A DNA stretch of 64,000 nucleotides from Candidatus Ryanbacteria bacterium RIFCSPLOWO2_12_FULL_44_26 (GTDB lineage Bacteria; Patescibacteriota; Minisyncoccia; Ryanbacterales; HO2-45-13). The notes under the pieces are model-generated. The model searched no databases and was not told the origin of the DNA. It saw only the letters and a list, made by a program, of their open reading frames with translations. The stretch lies in NCBI GenBank assembly GCA_001821765.1, contig MHOA01000001.1, forward strand, positions 1,580-65,579. Reading direction: 5' to 3'. Shown here piece after piece: positions 57,260 through 64,000 of the stretch; positions within the stretch are counted from its first letter, which is position 1, and the number at the start of each line of letters is the position of its first letter. A program made the position numbers and the translations under genes.

Positions 57260-59182
57260 ATGATTATTGAGCGCTTTAAGAAAAATCCGATACTCACGCC
57301 GGATAAAAATCAGTCTTGGGAAGCTGAGGCTGTTTTTAATGGTTGTCCTGTTCGGAAAGGAAATAATGTTTTTCTCCTTTATCGTGCCGTTTCTCTGATC
57401 CATTATCACACGTTGGCAAAAGCAAAACTCATGGTGTCTGATATCGGTATTGCCGAAAGCAAAGACGGGCTCAATTTTTATGACCGAAAACGGTTTATTT
57501 TTCCAGAGCACGAGTGGGAAAGGTTCGGTTGTGAAGATCCGCGAATAACAAAACTGGACAACAAATACTATATCTTTTATACCGCGCTTTCAAGCTGGCC
57601 TCCCCGAACGGAGCATATAAAAGTAGGACTTGCCATAAGCAAAGATTTAAAAACGATTGAAAAAAAACATCTTATAACCCCCTTCAACGCTAAAGCAATG
57701 GCTCTTTTTCCGGAAAAAATCAATGGCAAAATCTGGGCGGTTTTGACGGTGCACACTGATCGGCCGCCGGCAAAAATATGCCTTGTTTCTTTTCAAAGAG
57801 AAGAAGATATCTGGAATGAATCATATTGGAATAAATGGTATCAAAATTTTGATAAGTATTCTTTGCCGCTTCAACGCCGGCCGCAGGACCATATCGAAGT
57901 CGGCTCTCCGCCGATAAAAACAAAACATGGCTGGCTTTTATTTTATTCCTATATTTGGGATTATATTTCTCCCCGAAGGTCTTTTAGTATTGAAAGTGTA
58001 CTGCTGGATTTAAAAAATCCTTTTAAGATTATCGGAAAAACCGATTTCCCACTTCTTTCTCCTGAAGATTATTATGAAAAACACGGTATAGTGCCGAATG
58101 TCGTTTTTCCTTCCGGAGCGTTACTGAATAAAAATACGATCTCATTATATTATGGAGCCGCAGATACTACCTGTGCGGTTGCTTTTATTGATCTCCCCTC
58201 GCTTATTGATAAGTTTATAAAAAAACAAATCGTTCTGATAAAGCTTCGTCGAGCCAACATAAATCCAATCATCACGCCAAACAAAAATCATCCTTGGGAA
58301 GCAAAAGCGACATTCAACCCGGCGGCCATGTATCTTAAAGGAAAAGTTCACCTGCTTTATCGGGCAATGTCGGAAGATAACACTTCAGTGCTTGGTTATG
58401 CGACAAGTCGGGACGGCATTCACATAGATTATCGTTCTCCGGAGCCGGTTTATATTCCTCGGGAACAATTTGAACAAAAGCTTGAAAGGGGAGGAAATTC
58501 AGGCACGGAAGATCCGAGACTCGTAAAAATTGGGAGCAGAATTTATATGTTCTATACCGCCTTTGATGGGAAAAATCCGCCGCGAGTGGCTTTCACTTGG
58601 ATTAAAGAGCAGGATTTTTTAAACAAGAAGTGGGATTGGTCGCGTGCCATGCTTATCTCCGCTCCTGATTTGGATGATAAAGATGCAGCTATGTTTCCGG
58701 AAAAAATAAAAGGGCGGTACCTTATTATTCATCGCGTCGGCGACGATATTGATTTCTCTCATCATAAAACACTGGATTTTAACGGGACGAATTGGCTTGA
58801 AGAGTATCGCTGGATAATGCCGAGGAAAGGACGGTGGGATTCGAGAAAGGTTGGTGTTGCCGCTCCGCCGATAAAAACAAAGGCAGGCTGGCTTCTGCTC
58901 TATCACGGAATTTCAGAAGAAGACCAGTTTTATCGCGTAGGAGCGATATTAGTTGGTTTGCGTGATCCTGCAAAAATTATCTGTCGCACGGATTATCCGA
59001 TTTTTGAACCGGAAACTTCTTATGAAAAAGAAGGAGAGGTTTCAAATGTGGTATTTCCTTGTGGGGCGGCACTTATTGGCAAAAAACTTTTCGTATATTA
59101 CGGAGGAGCGGATAAAGTGGTTGGAGTGGCTACGGTGAATATTGATGAGCTTCTCGGTGTGCTTAAGGTATGTAAATGTTAG
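57260..59182 (+). CDS. Tandem double GH130/DUF377-like domain protein
   Basis: Two repeats of the same fold (EDPRIT..., EDPRLV...), 640 aa. Confidence 0.5.
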   Translation: MIIERFKKNPILTPDKNQSWEAEAVFNGCPVRKGNNVFLLYRAVSLIHYHTLAKAKLMVSDIGIAESKDGLNFYDRKRFIFPEHEWERFGCEDPRITKLDNKYYIFYTALSSWPPRTEHIKVGLAISKDLKTIEKKHLITPFNAKAMALFPEKINGKIWAVLTVHTDRPPAKICLVSFQREEDIWNESYWNKWYQNFDKYSLPLQRRPQDHIEVGSPPIKTKHGWLLFYSYIWDYISPRRSFSIESVLLDLKNPFKIIGKTDFPLLSPEDYYEKHGIVPNVVFPSGALLNKNTISLYYGAADTTCAVAFIDLPSLIDKFIKKQIVLIKLRRANINPIITPNKNHPWEAKATFNPAAMYLKGKVHLLYRAMSEDNTSVLGYATSRDGIHIDYRSPEPVYIPREQFEQKLERGGNSGTEDPRLVKIGSRIYMFYTAFDGKNPPRVAFTWIKEQDFLNKKWDWSRAMLISAPDLDDKDAAMFPEKIKGRYLIIHRVGDDIDFSHHKTLDFNGTNWLEEYRWIMPRKGRWDSRKVGVAAPPIKTKAGWLLLYHGISEEDQFYRVGAILVGLRDPAKIICRTDYPIFEPETSYEKEGEVSNVVFPCGAALIGKKLFVYYGGADKVVGVATVNIDELLGVLKVCKC

Positions 59183-59392
59183 CAGGCCTTAAAAAAGCAA
59201 TTGGAAAGTAAGTGGCGCGTAGAAACAAAAAGACCCGATTTGTTTCGACGGATCGATTCTTTTATTTTCACCTGTCAAAATATTTGACAAGCAAGATTAC
59301 TTGATATATACTTGAAGCAGATCATCTAGAATGAGAATACGGTATTCTCATTCTATTGCGCAATAAAACCGGGAACTTTAAGGAGTCCAAAG

Positions 59393-59698
59393 ATGGATGT
59401 ATGTACATATGGAAATGCAACTCGGGAAGGGACGTTGCTCTGTATCTTTCATACCTTGAACCTGAAGTTCTATCATGTGAAGATGAATTGGAACGGCGCT
59501 CCTTTTCAAGATAGCGTGTCTGTGTGCGGTCGCTTCTCCAATCTTGCGGAGTGCGATGGGAGTTGCACTGAATATGCCCGGCGCGAGTTTACGCTCGACG
59601 AAGCGGATGCGGAGGAACTCAAGAGAATGCTCGAGGATTACGAAGAAGATAAGCTTGACGCGCAGCTTCTCGCAACTGAGATTAAGGATGAGTTTTAG
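59393..59698 (+). CDS. Hypothetical acidic protein (101 aa), locally GC-rich
   Basis: AAGGAG RBS 7 nt upstream of ATG; followed by GCCCAA..TTGGGC hairpin. Confidence 0.45.
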   Translation: MDVCTYGNATREGTLLCIFHTLNLKFYHVKMNWNGAPFQDSVSVCGRFSNLAECDGSCTEYARREFTLDEADAEELKRMLEDYEEDKLDAQLLATEIKDEF

Positions 59699-59868
59699 TA
59701 CATTGTTAAAGTGGGGCCGAAATAGGCGGCTCAACAGGAAAAGTCTCCGATATTGGTTTGATCCCATATGGGAGATTTTGTCTTAAGCCCAAGTCTGATT
59801 TGGGCTTCTGCCAAAGCATTCAATACTCATTGAGCATTTTGGTAGAACTGGCATATTGAAACAAACAC

Positions 59869-59897
59869 TTGCAATCTTGCACGTATTGTGCTATGCT
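59869..59897 (+). promoter_or_regulatory. Sigma70-like promoter TTGCAA-17-TATGCT
   Basis: Read from sequence. Confidence 0.45.
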
Positions 59898-59903
59898 CAA
59901 CCT

Positions 59904-60171
59904 TGTCCGATGCTGGGAAGCTTACCGAGCCGGCAAAACTCAGCGCTTGAGGACAACAGATGCGCTCGGACCCTAGGGAAAATGGCGTTTCCCGGCCACT
60001 CTCGGGTAATGACAGGGATAGGTTCCGCAAGGAAAGCTGGCCCGAACGGAACCGAAAAGAAGAACAGCGGCCAATACACATGACCCCAGTGTGTAGGCGT
60101 CAAAAAAGCCGTGAAGGTATGGGGCCGCCCCCTCCGAACGCTAATGCTAGTAGGAGGGGGTTTTTCTTTTT
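59904..60171 (+). ncRNA. Candidate small RNA (~267 nt) from promoter to intrinsic terminator; contains an SRP-RNA domain-IV-like GNRA hairpin (possible long-form ffs)
   Basis: No plausible ORF; AGGUUCC-GCAA-GGAAAGCUGGCC at 60021-60043 resembles the SRP RNA AGGUCC-GGAA-GGAAGCAGCC; terminator CCCCCTCC...GGAGGGGG+T run at 60128-60171. Confidence 0.4.
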
Positions 60172-60262
60172 AATAAAGAGTTAAAAATTGTCGTTGGATG
60201 AAAAATTTGTTACTATGCTTATAGTTTTTTAGCGGGAGTAGTTCAGTTGCACCGCCACATTT

Positions 60263-60338
60263 GCCCAAGTAGCTCAGCTGGTAGAGCAACTCCATGGTAA
60301 GGAGTAGGTCAGCGGTTCAAGTCCGCTCTTGGGCTCCA
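60263..60338 (+). tRNA. tRNA-Thr (anticodon GGU), CCA encoded
   Basis: GCCCAAG/CTTGGGC acceptor, ACTCC-ATGGTAA-GGAGT anticodon arm, AGCGG-TTCAAGT-CCGCT T-arm. Confidence 0.85.
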
Positions 60339-60521
60339 GTTTTGTAGAAAAAGATACAGAAGCACCCAGAGCGTGGGACGCGCTTCGCGCGTCCCACCAA
60401 AAAATCGGTCTTTTGTCTGAAAATCGGATTCTGGAGTATATTTACGACCTCGCTAGAACCTATTTTATCAAAAATGCCTGACCAAAGGAAGCCGCCCCGC
60501 CGCCGCTCGCTAACGCTCGCC

Positions 60522-60605
60522 GCCAAGCAAAATACTCTTTACGATTTCGGATTTGCGCGCGCCACCAAAAAATTCTTCTAAAAAGAAAAGAGTATTTTGC
60601 TTGGC
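60522..60605. repeat. 19-bp perfect inverted repeat (GCCAAGCAAAATACTCTTT / AAAGAGTATTTTGCTTGGC) with 46-nt loop
   Basis: Read from sequence; lies in a GC-rich hairpin-dense region. Confidence 0.7.
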
Positions 60606-60727
60606 TCTGCTCTGAACGAGCAGGCGACGGGGCTGGCCTCTATTTTTGCTCGCGGGGGCAAGGCGTTTCCTCCCCCTCGCCCCCTCCACGCCTTGCCCGC
60701 TCGCCAAAAAAGTTGGGTGGGTTGGGA

Positions 60728-61198
60728 TCAAAACTGTTGCACGGCGGTTTTGAGAACCGCTTTGGTGGCGTCAGAGATGTTGGGCGTGTTGAACGCTTCA
60801 TCCGAGAGTGCTACCAAGTAATACGCTTGGTGTTCGCTGGGTTCCAGTTTGACCTCGTCGTCGGGAGCGGTTTCGACGAGAAAGTTAAACTGTCTCGTCT
60901 TTTTGCCGGAACCGGACGTATAGTCGAATGGACCGAGATACGCGAGGACCGTCGTGATGACAAGCCCTGTTTCTTCTTGAACTTCCCGAGCAAGCGCCGT
61001 GAGCAAGTCTTCACCTGCATCTACGGTACCGCTCGGAAGTTCGACGAGTCCGCCCATGAAGTCGGACGGAATGCGCTCGAGAAGAAGAAACTTGCCTTCC
61101 TTGCGGATTACCGCTCCAATGACCAGCTTTTGAATACCATCCTTTTGGGAATCGGTAACCAGTTGCTCGAGGGTGTTATGATCAACGTTTGACTGCAT
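60728..61198 (-). CDS. NUDIX hydrolase
   Basis: Nudix box GGLVELPSGTVDAGEDLLTALAREVQEETGL. Confidence 0.75.
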   Translation of the reverse strand: MQSNVDHNTLEQLVTDSQKDGIQKLVIGAVIRKEGKFLLLERIPSDFMGGLVELPSGTVDAGEDLLTALAREVQEETGLVITTVLAYLGPFDYTSGSGKKTRQFNFLVETAPDDEVKLEPSEHQAYYLVALSDEAFNTPNISDATKAVLKTAVQQF

Positions 61199-61224
61199 AG
61201 TTTTCCTTATTTAACAAAAGAGTT

Positions 61225-61824
61225 TTAAAAATCTTTAACCACTTTTTTCTTTACAAGCGTTTGATAGTGGTTTGGTTTTGCTCGTTTTAAGTATTCAATA
61301 ATTTTCCCTCGCGCTGGAGTTATTGTAAGATTCTGCGATTTTGCAAAATCCATTATCATTTCAATCGCGCTTTCAATTTCAGATTTATCGCTCACCAGCA
61401 ACTCAATCTCTGCAATGTTGTAGGTAAAGTCTTGAAAATCAACAATATCGAGGTCAATGATAAATAGTCCCTTTTTATATTTTCTTCGCGTAGTTTTACA
61501 AGTGCAAAACGGAAAATACCCCGCTTTTATTAAATCGTCCGCAAGGTTTTTATTTGGAAGCAGATTTAGGGCTCGTCTAATTTTCTGTTCATCTTCCAGC
61601 TCATCATATTGGTCAGCTAACCTTTCTACTCCATTGTGCAGAGGAAGTTTTAGCTCAAACACCCTATCACGAGAACGGAGCCATTTGTCTTGCGAAGTTA
61701 GTAGAAATTTTTCGGTATCATAGTAAATATCGCTAAAAACTCGCTCGCTCAAAAACTCAGCATCTTTTGTGAGCTGTTTTTTATCTTGTTCACTAAGAAT
61801 AAATTTTTTTTCCACTTCAATCAT
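61225..61824 (-). CDS. CYTH-domain protein (triphosphate tunnel metalloenzyme; CyaB/ThTPase-like)
   Basis: N-terminal IEVEKKF (ExExK) signature. Confidence 0.6.
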   Translation of the reverse strand: MIEVEKKFILSEQDKKQLTKDAEFLSERVFSDIYYDTEKFLLTSQDKWLRSRDRVFELKLPLHNGVERLADQYDELEDEQKIRRALNLLPNKNLADDLIKAGYFPFCTCKTTRRKYKKGLFIIDLDIVDFQDFTYNIAEIELLVSDKSEIESAIEMIMDFAKSQNLTITPARGKIIEYLKRAKPNHYQTLVKKKVVKDF

Positions 61825-62564
61825 AAACTTAATTGAGTAATAAGCGCGGAGTGGTCGCTTAGCTTTTGTAATCTTGGTTCATGAAGGTAAACCGAATTTT
61901 TTGTAGCGGGCAATAAGGCATTTGAAACAAAACAATGGTCATAACGGTATCCATCGCCCGTTTTTCCTACCCAGCTATATTCTTGCTTGGATGGATGCAG
62001 AAAACGCCACGCGTCGCTTAATTGATATTGCAGTAATTGAATATAAAAATTGTATTCCCAATTCTTGAAGAATGGGTAGCGTGGCCTATGATTGGGTTCA
62101 AGTACATTAAAATCTCCGCAAACAACGCGCATATTGTTTGAGTTTAATTTCTGGAGAGCACTCAAAAGAGCTTGTAAAAAAAGCTTCTTTCTTTTTATTT
62201 TTTCGTTGCTTACATCGCGAGAGGGGACATAAATACCCACAACTTCTATATTTTTACCAAAAAATGAAAATTTCCCGCACATAACCCGCGACGGGATAAA
62301 ATTCATATATTTAAGAGTCCCTCCCGATATAGGAATTTTGCTCACAATCATTGACCCATATTCTTTATGCTCAATATCAGGAAAGAGCACATGATACCCG
62401 TATGCCTCAAAATATTTTTTCAAAAACAAACATCCACGACTTGTTTTTATCTCGGTTAAAACAAAAATATCTTCTTTTCTTTTGCGAATCCATTCCGCTT
62501 GTTTGGCGGCGCGCTCAGGCGATGGGTTAGCTATATTCCAAGTAAAAATAGATAGGTTTTGCAT
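61821..62564 (-). CDS. Endonuclease/exonuclease/phosphatase (ExoIII-like) family protein
   Basis: WNIAN..., VLTEIK, CGDFN, SDHSAL motifs. Confidence 0.7.
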   Translation of the reverse strand: MQNLSIFTWNIANPSPERAAKQAEWIRKRKEDIFVLTEIKTSRGCLFLKKYFEAYGYHVLFPDIEHKEYGSMIVSKIPISGGTLKYMNFIPSRVMCGKFSFFGKNIEVVGIYVPSRDVSNEKIKRKKLFLQALLSALQKLNSNNMRVVCGDFNVLEPNHRPRYPFFKNWEYNFYIQLLQYQLSDAWRFLHPSKQEYSWVGKTGDGYRYDHCFVSNALLPATKNSVYLHEPRLQKLSDHSALITQLSL

Positions 62565-62584
62565 ATTACTTTAATCAATTTTAC

Positions 62585-62625
62585 CACAAAAAATCCCGCA
62601 GCAGAATACTTAAATCCTACTGCGG
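62585..62625 (-). terminator. Rho-independent terminator downstream of radical SAM gene
   Basis: CCCGCAG...CTGCGGG stem followed by ATTTTTTG on minus strand. Confidence 0.55.
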
Positions 62626-62632
62626 GTGCGTT

Positions 62633-63703
62633 TTACGGATTAACGATTGGGCATACCTCCGCGTCCACTTCCTCAATGCGTTTGCCCGAAGAAATGACTG
62701 CTGCGGGACACCCTTTGCCACACTCCGCGTTAAGACGACATCCTTCGCAAGTCGGATTGCCACCGAGACGATATCGCTCATGGAGCTTGTATTCATCAAG
62801 ACGGGTAGCAATATCGGCATCACGGAAGATGTTGCCAACAATGAACTCTTCCGCCTTGTGCTGGCTTTGCGGAGTCCGCGCCGCAAACACGAGATAGGGA
62901 CACACCGTGAGTTCGCCGAGAGTAAAGACATAGATGATGTTGCCCGCTTCGCATCCTGCGAGCGGCAACTTCTTTTCGTTCGGGAATCGGATGTAGACCA
63001 TTTCAACTTTGTCCGCAAACTGCAAAGTTGTGTTGGCGATCTGACGCATCACTTCATCGGGAGCTCCGAGCTTTCCCGTCGTCCTTACGCCCCTTCCCAT
63101 GGAGGAAAGCGGATTCATCAACATGTATGTCGCGCCGTTTTCCACCGCGAACTCGCAGAGCTTAGTGTATTCCTCAGCCTCAGCGAGGTTGTTGGGAGTC
63201 ACCAAAAGCCCTTGCAGCAAACCATATTTAGCCAATGCCTCAATGGTCGCGATGGTAGTTGCGAACGACGTTTTGTCGCCGCGAAACCTACCATGGCTTT
63301 CAGGAGAAAAGCCATCCAAGCTGACGTTGCAGTGCGCACCCAATTCCACGAGTTGTTTCATCTGATCTTCGCTAATGCGGGTTGCGTTTGTGCAGATGCC
63401 AACTTTCATACCAACATTTTTGTAGAGCGATACGATCTCGATGATATCCTGGTATGCGAATGGTTCGCCGCCGGTAAGCGTAACACTCACCACGCGGCAC
63501 TCTTTGAGACGCGGTACGAGGATGTCGCGGATACTCTCCAGCGACATGGTATCGCCGTATTGTCCAGCCGAGACGAAGCAATGCGCGCAATGTAGATTGC
63601 ACCATTCGGTAATCTGCACGAGCGCTTTCCGGTGCGGCGGCTGAACTGATGTGCGGAAGTAGCAGGACGCCATCTGGTTGGCGGAAATGATGGATTTTTT
63701 CAT
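62633..63703 (-). CDS. Radical SAM enzyme with C-terminal SPASM/twitch auxiliary cluster domain
   Basis: CNLHCAHCF (Cx3Cx2C) and C-terminal CEGCRLNAECGKGC...C cluster; GGAGG RBS; ATGA overlap with upstream kinase-like gene. Confidence 0.75.
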   Translation of the reverse strand: MKKSIISANQMASCYFRTSVQPPHRKALVQITEWCNLHCAHCFVSAGQYGDTMSLESIRDILVPRLKECRVVSVTLTGGEPFAYQDIIEIVSLYKNVGMKVGICTNATRISEDQMKQLVELGAHCNVSLDGFSPESHGRFRGDKTSFATTIATIEALAKYGLLQGLLVTPNNLAEAEEYTKLCEFAVENGATYMLMNPLSSMGRGVRTTGKLGAPDEVMRQIANTTLQFADKVEMVYIRFPNEKKLPLAGCEAGNIIYVFTLGELTVCPYLVFAARTPQSQHKAEEFIVGNIFRDADIATRLDEYKLHERYRLGGNPTCEGCRLNAECGKGCPAAVISSGKRIEEVDAEVCPIVNP

Positions 63704-64000
63704 GACACTTCCTCCTTCATGTTGAGTAGCTTTTGAATTTCAATCACAATGCATTCAGAAGTATCGCCAACAGGTTGTTTGTCATTCTCCAACAAGAGAA
63801 CATTAAACCCTTTTTGGACGATGAATTCTGCCGCTTCGCGGTAGAAACGCATCTCTTGTTCTCTCGTTTCTTCGCGTTCAAATCGACTTAGTTTTGTTCG
63901 CTCGATTGCGAGCCGTTGTCCGAGAATAGTGGGATCAGCGACGAGGATAACGCTTAAATCAGGAGCGAGAACTTGCGAGTTAATGCTCCAGATGAATTCA
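63701..64000 (-). CDS. P-loop nucleoside/nucleotide kinase-like protein (dTMP-kinase-like C-terminal region), 5' end beyond window
   Basis: Minus-strand frame open to window edge; C-term ...DPTILGQRLAIERTKLSRFEREETREQEMRFYREAAEF... typical of the lid/C-terminal helices of Tmk/dNK-type kinases. Confidence 0.4.

Noticed and set aside
60530-60720. Hairpins at 60.5-60.7 kb as transcription terminators for the convergent NUDIX gene
   Set aside because: T-run precedes and A-run follows the stems on the + strand (and vice versa on the - strand), the wrong order for an intrinsic terminator in either direction.
1-64000. CRISPR array or cas operon accompanying the two Cas4-like nucleases
   Set aside because: No regularly spaced direct repeats were seen anywhere in the window, and no cas1/cas2/effector-like ORFs; the Cas4-like genes are solitary.

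Overview
This 64-kb window looks like a small-genome bacterium, probably Candidate Phyla Radiation (Patescibacteria)-like. It is moderately AT-rich and contains fused pilM-pilN, a split transketolase, a short EF-Ts and a domain-1-less RF1. Gene order is mostly a + strand run of housekeeping operons.

Main coding content:
- Positions 1-10.7 kb carry a near-complete type IV pilus locus: pilB (5' truncated by the window edge), an embedded histidine kinase and REC-only regulator, pilC, four pilin-like genes (one a 998-aa giant double beta-propeller pilin), a PilM-PilN-SH3b fusion, and the major pilin followed by a strong terminator.
- The central stretch encodes tgt, ychF, an ABC exporter, a CPA2 antiporter, two exonuclease III-like genes, murI, trxB, gap, rpiB, rpe, split transketolase, fba, rplY, prfA, rpmE, rpsB, tsf, htrA and clpB.

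Unusual content sits in pockets:
- 10.7-15.2 kb: small Cys-rich and membrane proteins, a GC-rich structured non-coding RNA candidate, and a stand-alone Cas4-like Fe-S PD-(D/E)XK nuclease with a partner ORF. A second Cas4-like nuclease lies at 30.2 kb. No CRISPR array is present.
- 48.4-48.7 kb: a tRNA-like gene whose two halves flank a 163-nt structured insert that carries a complete tRNA-Thr(UGU).
- 53.5-53.9 kb: a 29-nt copy of the tRNA-Tyr 5' end duplicated directly upstream of an intact tRNA-Tyr, with a small GIY-YIG nuclease ORF between the copies.
- 54.4-56.1 kb: two copies of a structured leader element with compensatory base changes, flanking a tandem NUDIX gene pair, plus a GC-rich structured region.
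- 59.9-60.2 kb: a promoter-to-terminator ~267-nt ncRNA with an SRP-RNA domain-IV-like hairpin.
- Downstream of tRNA-Thr(GGU): a GC-rich hairpin-dense region containing a 19-bp perfect inverted repeat.
- Minus strand at the window end: nucleotide-enzyme genes (NUDIX, CYTH, EEP nuclease, a radical SAM/SPASM enzyme and a kinase-like partial gene).

No rRNA genes, transposases or CRISPR arrays were seen.
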